From an uncultured Eubacteriales bacterium (GTDB lineage Bacteria; Actinomycetota; Coriobacteriia; Anaerosomatales; JAUVQN01): DNA of 61,300 nucleotides. The translations under genes were made by a program, and so were the position numbers. Shown piece after piece: positions 1-9,633 of the stretch. Below the pieces are notes generated by a model. That model worked only from the letters and a program-made list of their open reading frames with translations. It did no database searches and had not been told where the DNA came from. The stretch covers positions 133,440 to 194,739 of the forward strand of contig CAYOSP010000001.1 of assembly GCA_964406675.1 (NCBI GenBank). Direction: 5' to 3'. Numbering within the stretch: the stretch's first letter is position 1; every line of letters begins with the position of its first letter.

Positions 1-207
1 GACGACGGTGCCGACGACTCGGCGGGTATCGACGCCGCGATGGTCGTCGACACGAAGTGCACCTCGTGTCACGACCTCGAGCGCGTCGAGCAGGCCGACT
101 ACGACGTCGCCGGTTGGGAGAGCACGATCGAGCGCATGGAGAGCCTCGGGCTGTCCATCACGGAGGAGGAGAAGCAGGCGGTCGCCGAGTATCTCGCGAC
201 CCGGTAG
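1..207 (+). CDS. c-type cytochrome, C-terminal fragment (5' end outside window)
   Basis: Frame +1 is open from the window edge to TAG at 205-207. The translation ...AAMVVDTKCTSCHDLERVEQADYDVAGWESTIERMESLGLSITEEEKQAVAEYLATR contains a CxxCH haem-c motif (CTSCH). It is missing from the ORF track only because no start codon lies in the window. Confidence 0.6.
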   Translation, partial: DDGADDSAGIDAAMVVDTKCTSCHDLERVEQADYDVAGWESTIERMESLGLSITEEEKQAVAEYLATR

Positions 208-236
208 GGGCGTCCTGCGAACGGTCCCGGACGAGC

Positions 237-264
237 GAAGGCCCCGCCTCCAGGCGGGGCCTTC
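237..264 (+). terminator. GC-rich hairpin downstream of the cytochrome c fragment
   Basis: GAAGGCCCCGCC-TCCA-GGCGGGGCCTTC forms a perfect 12-bp stem with a 4-nt loop, 30 nt after the stop. There is no clear U-tract. Confidence 0.5.
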
Positions 265-290
265 TCACGTGGACCGACCGATCCACGTGA
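265..290. repeat. perfect 9-bp inverted repeat with two CACGTG cores
   Basis: TCACGTGGA-ccgaccga-TCCACGTGA directly abuts the preceding hairpin, in the convergent intergenic region. Confidence 0.6.
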
Positions 291-297
291 ACGGACT

Positions 298-404
298 CGG
301 GGGCGGGAGGACCTGCCGTCACATACGGTCGGAGCCAGCACCAACGGAACCGCAGCGGCTGGAGTGAGATGTGCGCCGAAAAGAGGGCGGTCCCCCCGCC
401 CCCG
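298..404. repeat. long-range 16-nt inverted repeat (15/16 complementary) enclosing ~75 nt
   Basis: CGGGGGCGGGAGGACC (298-313) is complementary to GGTCCCCCCGCCCCCG (389-404) with one mismatch. It lies in the 3' region shared by two convergent genes. Confidence 0.5.
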
Positions 405-526
405 AGAGTCGTCGGCGGACGCTTCCGATGTCCGGCCGATCTCCCTCTCGGGTGTACCGTCGAGCGTCCTGTGAAGGTGTCGCGACCCGTGTCGCGTGTA
501 TAGGTAGTTACCCCTTATCCGGCCGT

Positions 527-3500
527 CTAACCTCCGGATGCGCCTTTATCCGATAGGAGTACCTCCACCACACGCCCGGCGGCGTGCCGAGCGGCATCCG
601 TCGCATGCCGCTCGGCGCCCGTGCGTCCGGTGTCACCGGGTCCGAGCGGAGCGCCGGCCTCGGATGGTCCGTCGGTCTCGAGCGGCACGAGCCACGCGGT
701 CTCGAGCGGTCGGCCGTCCAGCGTCCCCGAGACCACGCGCGACCCCGCCGGAGCGCCGGGCGCGATCTCGCCCGGTCCCCTGCGGACCCGGATGTCGTAG
801 CGTGCGTCCTCGAAGCGGTAGGTCGCCTCGAAGCCGTCCCAGTCCGACGGGATCCTCGGATCGACCAGCAGGTGCGGTCGCCCTTCGCGCGTCACCCGCC
901 GGATGCCGAGCAGGTGGCCCACGGCTATCCGGTAGAACCACCCCGCCGAGCCGGTGTACCAGCTCCACCCGCCGCGTCCCTCATGCCCCTCGGCGGTGTA
1001 CACGTCGGCCACCACCGCGTACGGCTCGACGACGAACCGGTCGGCGGCCTCGACGTCGAGCGCGTGCCGCACCGGTGTGAGCATGCGCAGCAGCTCGTAG
1101 CCGCGGTCCGCCTCGCCGCGCAGCAGCCTCGCGAGCACCAGCCAGAGCACGCCGTGCGTGTACTGCCCGCCGTTCTCGCGCACGCCCGGCACGTAGCCCT
1201 TGATGTAGCCCGGGTCGTGCGCCATCTCGTCGAACGGCGGGTCGAGGAGCTGGATGAGGCCGAGCTCCTCGCGCACCAGGTACTCGTCGGCCGAGTCGAG
1301 CGCTCGGGTGGCGCGTGCCGGGTCGCCCTCGCCGACGATGGCCGCCCACGCCTGCGCGATCGCGTCGATACGGCACTCCCGGGCGTCGGCGGTGCCGAGC
1401 GGGGTGCCGTCGTCGAAGTACGCGCGCCGGTACCACTCGCCGTCCCACGCGCTCGCCTCCACGCGGTCGACGAGACGCTCCGCCCACAGCCGCTGGTCGG
1501 CGGCCCGCTCGTGATCGCCGCGCCCCTCGGCCACCTCCGTGAAGCGCCGCAGCGTGTGGACGAGGAACCACGCGAGCCAGACGCTCTCGCCGCGGCCCCT
1601 GACGCCCACTCGGTTCATGCCGTCGTTCCAGTCGCCGCCGCCGATGAGCGGCAGGCCGTGCGGGCCCTCGGGGCGGGCCGTCTCCAGCGCGGCGACGCAG
1701 TGCTCGTACAGGGACGCGGTGCGTTCGGAGACCGCCGGCTCCAGGTACAGGTCCTCCTGGCCCTCGTCGAGCGGCGGTCCGTCGATGTAGGCGATCCCCT
1801 CGTCGAGGATCGACTCGTCTCCGGTGACGTCGAGGTAGTGCGCGACCGCGTACGGCAGCCAGTGGCGGTCGTCGGTGATGCGCGTGCGCACGCCGCGTCC
1901 CGAGACCGGCATCCACCAGTGCAGCACGTCGCCCTCGGGGAACTGGTGCCGCGCGGCTTCGACGATCTGGGCGCGCGTGAGCTCCGGCCTCGCGAGGTCG
2001 AACGCGAGGCAGTCCTGCAGCTGGTCGCGGAACCCGTACGCGCCGGAGGACTGGTAGAGCGCGGTGCGGCCCCACAGGCGGCAGGCGAGCGTCTGGTAGA
2101 GCAGGCGGCCGTTGATCATGCGGTCGAGCGCGTCGTCCGGGGTCCGCACGGAGAGGATGTCGAGGAAGTCGTCCCACCAGGCCACCGTCCGCTCGAGGGA
2201 GGCCGCCGCCGCGTCCGCGCGGCGGTAGCGGCCGACGAGCTCGCGCGCCTCCTCGAGCGTGTCCGTCTGCCCCAGCAGGAAGGCGACGGTGGTCGTGTGC
2301 CCCGGCTCCACGCCGAGCCGCACGGTCACCGCGCCGCACGCGTCGTGGAAGCGCCCGGTCCGCCCGGAGAGCGCGGCCTTCGCGAGCGCCTCGGGCCGGT
2401 CCGGCGTGCCGTTGCGCCCGAGGAACTCGGTGCGGCTCGCAGTGTACGAGTCGATCGGGCGGTCCGCGCACAGGAAGGTGGCCCGTCCGGGGAAGTCGTC
2501 GTTGAAGTGGTTGTGCGCGGTGAGCATGTCCGCCTCGGCGTCGAACCAGGTGACCACGCGGTGCTGGGCCTGGCTGCGCGACGCGCCGAGCGACCACTCG
2601 ACGAACTGCGTCGCGGTGAGCGTGCGGCGCCTGTCCGTGGGGTTGGTGAGCTCGAGCAGCACGACCCGCACCGGTTCGTCCGGGGGCACGGACACGGTGG
2701 CGGTGTGCTCGATGCCGTGGGTCGTGCGCTCGAACACGGTGCGGCCGCGGGCGTGGCGCACCACCACCGGGGTCTCGTCGGGCACGGGCAGGGGGGTGGG
2801 CGACCAGTACTCGCCGGTCTCCTCGTCCCGGATGTAGAGGTGCTCGCCGCTGCCGTCGGACACGGCGTCGTTGTTCCAGGTGGTGAGCCTGTTCTCGTGG
2901 CTGTTGATCGCCCACGTGGTCCCCACCCCGGCTTCGGTGACCATGCCGCCGAACTCGAGCTCGTTGGCGAACACGTTGATCCAGGGCGCGGGAGGCACGC
3001 GGTCCCCGTCCACCACGATCACGTACTCGTCGGCGTCTGGCGCGAAGCCGCCGTAGCCGTTGTCGAAGGCGAGCTCGGGCCGCTCGAACGCGGGCGCCGG
3101 ACGGGAGACGGGCTCGCCTCGCGTCACGAGGTCCGGCACCGGCTCGGGCCGCTCGGCGCGCTGGTTCAGCTGGAACTCCAGCGAGCCCTCGGCGCCGTCC
3201 AGCACCGCCCGCGCCACGGTCTCGAGCAGGATGCGGGTGTCGGCGCCCATCTGGTCCGCGCGGCGGATGAACACGCCGCCGGGCTTGTCCTGCAGCTGGA
3301 GCGCGTGACTGGTGCGCACGAGGAGCTGCAGCCGTCCCTCGAGCTCGTCGGCGTAGGCGGTCGGCTTCGTGTTGAGGATGACGAGGTCGGCCCTCAGGCC
3401 CTTGTAGCGCCAGTACTGGTGGGCGAGCAGCGCCTGGCGGACGATGCCGGTGTCCTCGAGCCGCTCCACGCGTACGAGCAGGATCGGCATGTCGCCCGAG

Positions 3501-6500
3501 ACGCCGAGCCCCCACAGCCCCGACATCGGCAGGCCGTTCTCGACGGCCGTGCGCTCCTTGAGCGGGGAGTACGGATCCGTGAGCAGGAGGCGGGAGGCGA
3601 GACGCTGGTAGGTGAGCGCGTCCTCCGCCGAGATGCCGAGGTCGCGCAGTACGATCTGGTTGGCGGACCAGGCGAGGTCGAGCGAGCGCCGGACCGCCCG
3701 CGTGTCCCGGTACTTGGCGGCGAGGTGCTCCGCGTCCTCGCGTGTGGGCGCCACGCCCGTCGAGTACGCGAGCACGGCCGTGTCGCCCGGCTCGATGCGC
3801 ACGGCGTGCCGCACCGCGCACACCGGGTCGAGCACCGCGCCCACCGACCCGGTCAGGCCGTGGTCGTCCTCGAACGCCCGCGGCTCCTCCACGCCTCGGA
3901 GACGTCCCAGGAAGCGTGCGCGGTCGGTCTCGAACGAGCTGTCGTGGGCCCCGTCGTGCTCGCAGGCGAGCACGTGGAACCCCCACGGGCGCTCCTCGTC
4001 GGAGGAGCGCGGACGGCGGGAGAAGAGGACCGCGCCGGTGGGCTCGTGATGGAGCGTCTCGACGAACAGGTTCGAGAACGTGCGGTGCGCCTGGTCGGCG
4101 GCCGAAGGCGCGAGCGCGATCTCGAAGTAGCTGGTGACCTCGATCACGCGGGTCTGTCGGCCGTGGTTGGTCACCGCGATCCGGCGGTTCTCGACGTCGT
4201 CCTCCGGCGAGACGACCACTTGGGTGTACGTCTCCACGTCCCCGTCGCGACGCCGGAACTCGACCTTGTCGGCCGCGAAGGTCACGTGGTAGTCGTCGGG
4301 CTCGGTGAGGGTGGGCTGATAGCCGGCCGACCACGTGCGGTCCTCGTCGAGGTCTCGGAGGTAGAAGAACGTGCCCCAGCAGTCGCGCGTGACGTCCTCC
4401 CGGAACCTCGTCACGTCCATGTCCTCGAAGCGGCTGAAGCCGCCCCCCGCGTTGGTGACCATCACCGAGTAGCGGCCGTTGGAGAGGAACTGCGTGGCGG
4501 GCACGGGGGTGTGCGGGGTCGGGTAGGAGCGCTCCGTGGGCGGGGGCAGCTCGCGCACGGAGTGGACGTACTCGACCTCCTCGACGTGCGGGTGCGCGGG
4601 CGTGATGTGCCTGGGCACGCGCTCCTGCAGCAGCAGCTCCGCCGAGCGCACGAGCGGGTCGGCGTGGAAGCGGTCCTGCATGCGGTCCCCGGTGAGCACG
4701 TTGCCGATGGAGACGAGCCCCATGCCCTGGTGGTGCGCCATGTACGCCTTGACGAGCGCGCGCTCCTGGCCGGCGGGGATGCGTCCCGGCGTATAGTCGA
4801 TGGCCTCGTAGAAGCCGTATCGGCCGAGCGCGCCGCGCTCCTGCAGCGCGTGGAGGTTCTCCACCGAGCGCTTGGGCGCGACCATGAGCGCGAGCATGGT
4901 CGCGTACGGGGCGATCACCACGTCCTCGCTCAGACCCCGCTTGAGGCCGAGGCCCGGCACGCCGAACGCCTGGTACTGGTAGTTGAGATCGATGTCCTTG
5001 GCGTTGAACGCCGACTCCGACACGCCCCACGGTGTGCGCTGCTCGGCGCCCCACTGGATCTGGCGGCGGACGACGGTCTCGTAGGTCTGGTCGAGCAGGG
5101 TGCCTTCCCAGTCGCGCATGACCAGCAGCGGCATGAGGTACTCGAACATCGAGGCGCTCCAGGAGAGCAGCGCGTAGCCCTCGCGCGTGGTGGTGATCGA
5201 GCGGCCCAGCCGGAACCAGTGCGCCTGGGGGACGTCGCCCTTCGCCACCGCGAGGAAGCTCGCGAGCCGGCACTCCGAGGCGAGCATGTCGTAGTACGAG
5301 GGATCGAGCCGTCCCTCGGCGGTGTTGAAGCCGATCGAGAACAGCTTGCGGCTCGGGTCGTACAGCATGCGGAAGTCGGTGTGCTCCCACATCTCGCGGG
5401 CGATCTGCGCCATGAGCCGGAGTCGGGCGAGCAGGCGGCGCGCCGCCTCGCGGGAGTGCCGGACGCCTTCGCGCACCTCCCGCGCCCACGCGGCGAGCGC
5501 CTCGTCGCCGTCGGCCTCCATCGTCTCGAGCGCGCGTTCGGACTCCTCCAGGCCCTCGGCGAGCTCCCTGAGCGTGGGCACCCTCCCCAGCAGCGACCGG
5601 AGGTGCGTGGCCTCCACCGAGTGGATGATCCCCTCGGGGACCCGCCCCAGCGCCTCGGCGAAGCCGGCGAGCTCCCGGAGCTCGTCGCGGTGGCCGCGCA
5701 CGTCGGCGAGCAGGTCCGCCACGGCCGGGACGTCCCCGTCGGCCTCCTCGGCCTCGACCGCGAGCTCCTCGAGGTCGTTCAGCAGGCGCGCCCAACCGGA
5801 GAGCGTCACGGGGGCGGCGCCCTCCTCGAGCATCACGGCCGCCCGGCGCAGGACGGACCGCACCCCCTCGTGAGCGCGCGGCACCTCCTCGAGCGCGAGC
5901 GCGACCGGATCGTGCAGCCCGGCGCGTACCCGCGGGCCGACGATCGGCTCCTCGGCCGCGCCGAGCAGCCCGGTGCGCAGGACGAGCATGTGGCCGGCGA
6001 GGTTGCCGCTGTCCACGGTGGAGATGTAGCCGGGCGGCAGCGGATCGAGCGTGCGGGTGTCGTACCAGTTGTAGAAGTGGCCCCGGAAGCGCTGCATCCC
6101 CGCGAGCGTCGCGAGCGTGTCGCTCGCGCGGTCGACGAGCGCCGCCGGCCCTATCCAGCCCATGTCGTAGGCGGTCAGGTACGTGAGCAGCTGCAGGCCG
6201 ATGTTCGTCGGCGAGGTGCGGAAGGCCACCTCGCCCTTCGGGTCTTCCTGGAAGTTGTCCGGGGCGAGGTAGTGTCCCTCGGCGGTGACGAACGTCTGGA
6301 AGAAGCGCCACGTGCGCCTCGCCAGACGACGCAGATACGCCTCGTCCTCGGCGTCGAGCTCCCGCACCGCCTCCGGCGCCTCGCGGCTCGCCCGGCGGGC
6401 GAGCACCGGCGAGACCGCCCACAGGAGCGAGAGCGCGATCGCCACGACCGCGTGGCCGGGCCCCGCGAACACGGCGGGCAGCACGAGCGCGACGCCGAGC

Positions 6501-9433
6501 AGGATCGAGGGTCCCATCGCGCGATAGTGACCGGCGTAGGTCTCGCCGCCCGCCTTGGCGGCCTCGGCGGCGGTGGTCCACTCGAGCATGTGCCGCCGGC
6601 TCACGTAGGAGCGCCACAGCGCGCGCACGATCGCGTCGGTCATCAGCCACGCCTGGTGCGGCAGGATGGCGAGGGCGAACAGGCCGCGCATCGCGTCCCG
6701 CTCGAAGTCCTGCAGCGTCGAGTGCACCGCGCCCCGGAACGTGACGTCCTCCGGGCGGCGCACGAGCGAGTCCACGAACTGCACCACGGCGGGGAACATC
6801 ACGATGAACACGACGATGAGCGGCCACAACGGGCCGGGGTCCGGGAGCAGCACCCAGCCCGCGGCGATGAGCAGGAGCAGCAGCGGCGGCACGAGGCTGC
6901 GCCGCAGGTTGTCGAGCATCTTCCACCGGTGGATGGGCCTCAGCGGGTTGCGCTCGCGGCCGTCCTCGGTGGGCACCCTCCCGAGGATCCACGGCAGGAC
7001 CTGCCAGTCGCCGCGCGTCCAGCGGTGGTTGCGGGAGTTCTGCACCGCGTAGCGCACAGGGTAGTCGTCGAACACCTCGATGTCCGAGGCGAGCGCGGTG
7101 CGCATGTAGCTGCCCTCGAGCAGGTCGTGGGAGAGCACCCGTTCCTGAGGGACGCGGCTCTCGAGCGTCTCGAGGAACACGTCGACGTCCAACAGCCCCT
7201 TACCGGTGAAGCTGCCCTCGCCGAAGATGTCCTGGTACGCGTCCGAGACCGCGCCGCCGTAGGGGTCGATGCCCGCCACGCCGGTGTGCATCCACGCGAA
7301 GTACGTGGCCTTCGACGACGGCAGGGACACGCTCACGCGCGGCTGTATGAGCCCGTAGCCGCGCGCGGTGACGCGTCGCTCCTCGTCGACGACCGCCTGG
7401 TTGAGCGGGTGGACGATCGTGCCGACCATCTTCTTGGCGGCGTCGCGGGAGAGCACGGTGTCGGCGTCGAGCGTGAGCGCGTAGCGCACGCCGGCGAGGA
7501 AGTCGCGGTCGCCCTCGTGCACGGCGATGCTCGTGTGGTCCGCGCTCCTCAGGTACCTCGCGAGCTCGACCAGCGACCCGCGCTTGCGCTCCCAGCCGAT
7601 CCAGGCGTCCTCGGTCTCGCTGTAGCGGCGCTCGCGCACGAGCAGGTGGAACGGCCCCGAGCCGGTGTCGTCCAAGCCCGCCGTCGCTCCGCCGCCGTGA
7701 CGGCGGTTGAGGGCGCGCACCGACTCGAGCGCCGCCCGGATGATGTCGGCGTCGGAGTCGAGCACCTCCCGGTCCGCGCCGCGGAGGTCGGCGAGCACCG
7801 CGTAGTGGATCCCCGGGTCGCCGTCGCCGGAGAGGTAGTGCACCTCGAGGTGCTCGAACACCTCCTCCGCGTCCTCCTCGGAGAAGAGCAGGGTGGGAAC
7901 GACCACGAGCGTGCGCTCGTTCGGCTCGAGCGGGCGGCGGTAGTCGAGCTTCGGCAGGAGTCGGGCGGGCCACAGCATCGCGGCCATGCGGTTGGCGAGG
8001 ATGACCGCGATCTCGCTCACCGGGACGAGGGCGATCAGGAAGACGAGCGCCACCACCCAGGGCGCCGCGCCCACGGCGCTCGCGTAGAGGGCGACGAGCG
8101 CGGCGAGGAGCACGGTGAACGACGCGATCGACACCATGAAGGTGCGTCCGCGGCGCCTGAGCGGGCCACGGTGCATGCGCTCCCGCGTATGCGGCCGGTA
8201 CCGCAAGGAATCCTCGAGCGCGTAGCGGCCGCCGCTGATGAGGTGCCAGCCGACGTGCGAGCGTACCGGCTCCTCCCCCGCGGTCTCGGCCGCGAGCGCC
8301 GCCTTCACCGCCGCCTCGGCCACCGCGATCTCGTCGTGCGGACAGCGCCTCGCGAGCGACTCGACGGCGTGGCGGTATCGGTCCCGGCTCGCGAAGTCCA
8401 TCGACTCGTAGACGCCGGCCGGGTCGTCGCGCAGGACGGCCTCGACCACGCTCGTCTCCTCGAAGAACCCGCGCCAGTCCAGCGCGTCGAGGAACCGGAT
8501 GGACGTGATGGTGTTGGCGACCGAGATCTGGTCGGCGGACTGCCGGGCGCGCTGGGCCTTCCAGTACTCCTCGATCGACCGGTCCAGTGTCGCGATCCTG
8601 CCGCCGATCCAGTCCTCGAGCGGCTCGGCGCCCTCCTGATCGCGCAGGCGCTGGTGCAGGCGGATGAAGAACTCGGGACGCTGGTCGGCGGTCGCGCGGT
8701 CGAGCCCGGCCAGCAGCCGGTCGAGGTCGCCCTCACCCTCCCTGACCGCCGCGAGGAGCCTGCGCGCCCACTTCTCCGCGTCGGCGCTGTCGCGATACGC
8801 GGCGAGGACGCGCAGCGCGAGGCGGCGGACGTTCTCCACGAGGGCGGCCCGGAGCATGATGGGCACCGCCCAGGTCTCGCCGATGGTCATAGGCGAGACG
8901 CTCTGGTATCCACGGACGAAGCTCGCCAGGTAGTCCTCGTCGATGCGACCGTCGGTGTGGCGGATGAGATCGACGACCGCCTCGTACACGCGGGGGAAGG
9001 ACTCGTACGGCCCTGAGACCAGGTAAGGCAGCTCCTCGCCGTAGCCGGGCGGCAGGTCCTCGCGCACGCGGACGATCTGGCCCTCGATCAGGTACGAGTT
9101 GTCGAGCAGCCACTCGGTGGCCGCCGGCACCGGTTCCCCGTCGCGGACCGCCTGCCCGAGTTCTCGCTGGAAGGCCGTGAACCGCTCGTCGGCCCGCTCG
9201 ACGAGCCCCAAGAGCGGAGTGACGCGAGGCGCGCCCTTGGTGCGGATATCCTGGCCGCGCGCGAGCTCGGCAGCCCGCTCGGCGAGCCGGTCTACCGAGT
9301 AGAGCTCGGCGCGCATCGGAGCTTCGCTCGCGGCGCTCTCCGCGACGCCGTCCGCAGCGCCGTCGCGCTCCTCGTCGCGCACGCCGCGTCGCCGCCGGTC
9401 ACGGCCGGGCTGTGGTCTCGACGGGTCGTCCAA
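527..9433 (-). CDS. cyclic beta-1,2-glucan synthase-like giant protein (NdvB/ChvB/Cgs type: membrane glycosyltransferase region fused to a GH94-like glucan phosphorylase region), 2968 aa
   Basis: Single uninterrupted 8.9-kb ORF. The central region has glycosyltransferase motifs (LTLDADTVL, LSHDLLEGSYMR, HRWTRGDWQ) flanked by hydrophobic segments. The C-terminal third has GH94 cellobiose/chitobiose-phosphorylase-like motifs (FRDQLQDCLAF, PLIGGGDWNDGMN). The track start is TTG at 9433; an in-frame ATG at 9316 (MRAELYSVDRL) is an alternative. Confidence 0.85.
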   Translation of the reverse strand: MDDPSRPQPGRDRRRRGVRDEERDGAADGVAESAASEAPMRAELYSVDRLAERAAELARGQDIRTKGAPRVTPLLGLVERADERFTAFQRELGQAVRDGEPVPAATEWLLDNSYLIEGQIVRVREDLPPGYGEELPYLVSGPYESFPRVYEAVVDLIRHTDGRIDEDYLASFVRGYQSVSPMTIGETWAVPIMLRAALVENVRRLALRVLAAYRDSADAEKWARRLLAAVREGEGDLDRLLAGLDRATADQRPEFFIRLHQRLRDQEGAEPLEDWIGGRIATLDRSIEEYWKAQRARQSADQISVANTITSIRFLDALDWRGFFEETSVVEAVLRDDPAGVYESMDFASRDRYRHAVESLARRCPHDEIAVAEAAVKAALAAETAGEEPVRSHVGWHLISGGRYALEDSLRYRPHTRERMHRGPLRRRGRTFMVSIASFTVLLAALVALYASAVGAAPWVVALVFLIALVPVSEIAVILANRMAAMLWPARLLPKLDYRRPLEPNERTLVVVPTLLFSEEDAEEVFEHLEVHYLSGDGDPGIHYAVLADLRGADREVLDSDADIIRAALESVRALNRRHGGGATAGLDDTGSGPFHLLVRERRYSETEDAWIGWERKRGSLVELARYLRSADHTSIAVHEGDRDFLAGVRYALTLDADTVLSRDAAKKMVGTIVHPLNQAVVDEERRVTARGYGLIQPRVSVSLPSSKATYFAWMHTGVAGIDPYGGAVSDAYQDIFGEGSFTGKGLLDVDVFLETLESRVPQERVLSHDLLEGSYMRTALASDIEVFDDYPVRYAVQNSRNHRWTRGDWQVLPWILGRVPTEDGRERNPLRPIHRWKMLDNLRRSLVPPLLLLLIAAGWVLLPDPGPLWPLIVVFIVMFPAVVQFVDSLVRRPEDVTFRGAVHSTLQDFERDAMRGLFALAILPHQAWLMTDAIVRALWRSYVSRRHMLEWTTAAEAAKAGGETYAGHYRAMGPSILLGVALVLPAVFAGPGHAVVAIALSLLWAVSPVLARRASREAPEAVRELDAEDEAYLRRLARRTWRFFQTFVTAEGHYLAPDNFQEDPKGEVAFRTSPTNIGLQLLTYLTAYDMGWIGPAALVDRASDTLATLAGMQRFRGHFYNWYDTRTLDPLPPGYISTVDSGNLAGHMLVLRTGLLGAAEEPIVGPRVRAGLHDPVALALEEVPRAHEGVRSVLRRAAVMLEEGAAPVTLSGWARLLNDLEELAVEAEEADGDVPAVADLLADVRGHRDELRELAGFAEALGRVPEGIIHSVEATHLRSLLGRVPTLRELAEGLEESERALETMEADGDEALAAWAREVREGVRHSREAARRLLARLRLMAQIAREMWEHTDFRMLYDPSRKLFSIGFNTAEGRLDPSYYDMLASECRLASFLAVAKGDVPQAHWFRLGRSITTTREGYALLSWSASMFEYLMPLLVMRDWEGTLLDQTYETVVRRQIQWGAEQRTPWGVSESAFNAKDIDLNYQYQAFGVPGLGLKRGLSEDVVIAPYATMLALMVAPKRSVENLHALQERGALGRYGFYEAIDYTPGRIPAGQERALVKAYMAHHQGMGLVSIGNVLTGDRMQDRFHADPLVRSAELLLQERVPRHITPAHPHVEEVEYVHSVRELPPPTERSYPTPHTPVPATQFLSNGRYSVMVTNAGGGFSRFEDMDVTRFREDVTRDCWGTFFYLRDLDEDRTWSAGYQPTLTEPDDYHVTFAADKVEFRRRDGDVETYTQVVVSPEDDVENRRIAVTNHGRQTRVIEVTSYFEIALAPSAADQAHRTFSNLFVETLHHEPTGAVLFSRRPRSSDEERPWGFHVLACEHDGAHDSSFETDRARFLGRLRGVEEPRAFEDDHGLTGSVGAVLDPVCAVRHAVRIEPGDTAVLAYSTGVAPTREDAEHLAAKYRDTRAVRRSLDLAWSANQIVLRDLGISAEDALTYQRLASRLLLTDPYSPLKERTAVENGLPMSGLWGLGVSGDMPILLVRVERLEDTGIVRQALLAHQYWRYKGLRADLVILNTKPTAYADELEGRLQLLVRTSHALQLQDKPGGVFIRRADQMGADTRILLETVARAVLDGAEGSLEFQLNQRAERPEPVPDLVTRGEPVSRPAPAFERPELAFDNGYGGFAPDADEYVIVVDGDRVPPAPWINVFANELEFGGMVTEAGVGTTWAINSHENRLTTWNNDAVSDGSGEHLYIRDEETGEYWSPTPLPVPDETPVVVRHARGRTVFERTTHGIEHTATVSVPPDEPVRVVLLELTNPTDRRRTLTATQFVEWSLGASRSQAQHRVVTWFDAEADMLTAHNHFNDDFPGRATFLCADRPIDSYTASRTEFLGRNGTPDRPEALAKAALSGRTGRFHDACGAVTVRLGVEPGHTTTVAFLLGQTDTLEEARELVGRYRRADAAAASLERTVAWWDDFLDILSVRTPDDALDRMINGRLLYQTLACRLWGRTALYQSSGAYGFRDQLQDCLAFDLARPELTRAQIVEAARHQFPEGDVLHWWMPVSGRGVRTRITDDRHWLPYAVAHYLDVTGDESILDEGIAYIDGPPLDEGQEDLYLEPAVSERTASLYEHCVAALETARPEGPHGLPLIGGGDWNDGMNRVGVRGRGESVWLAWFLVHTLRRFTEVAEGRGDHERAADQRLWAERLVDRVEASAWDGEWYRRAYFDDGTPLGTADARECRIDAIAQAWAAIVGEGDPARATRALDSADEYLVREELGLIQLLDPPFDEMAHDPGYIKGYVPGVRENGGQYTHGVLWLVLARLLRGEADRGYELLRMLTPVRHALDVEAADRFVVEPYAVVADVYTAEGHEGRGGWSWYTGSAGWFYRIAVGHLLGIRRVTREGRPHLLVDPRIPSDWDGFEATYRFEDARYDIRVRRGPGEIAPGAPAGSRVVSGTLDGRPLETAWLVPLETDGPSEAGAPLGPGDTGRTGAERHATDAARHAAGRVVEVLLSDKGASGG

Positions 9434-9598
9434 GGGTGGGCCTTCCCGGGGATGTCCTCTCGCGGTCCTCGTACGCTGAGGACTATATCCCGCATGCCGA
9501 CGTCGTGTCTCTCGTCACGGGGCGCCCGGTGCGTCGCTCGGCACCCCGGCACGAGTCCACGGGTCCCCGGCGGCGCGAGCGGACTGGATATCACTGCC

Positions 9599-9628
9599 TG
9601 GTGAGGTGTCGTCGTCCGGGGGTATAAT
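9599..9628 (+). promoter_or_regulatory. candidate housekeeping-sigma promoter (TGGTGA, 18-nt spacer, consensus TATAAT)
   Basis: A perfect TATAAT lies at 9623-9628 in a region with no plus-strand ORF of 60 aa or more. The -35-like hexamer at 9599-9604 is weak (3/6). Confidence 0.4.
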
Positions 9629-9633
9629 CCCTG

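Noticed and set aside
981-6992. 2003-aa minus-strand ORF in an alternative frame of the glucan synthase gene
   Set aside because: The translation is an Arg/Pro/Gly/Ala-rich low-complexity sequence, whereas the chosen frame carries GT and GH94 motifs across its whole length.
584-9016. 2810-aa plus-strand ORF
   Set aside because: It is antisense to the glucan synthase gene. Its composition is dominated by R/G/H/E/D/V/A runs with no recognisable domain. Long shadow ORFs of this kind arise in ~70% GC DNA, where stop codons are rare opposite a GC3-rich frame.
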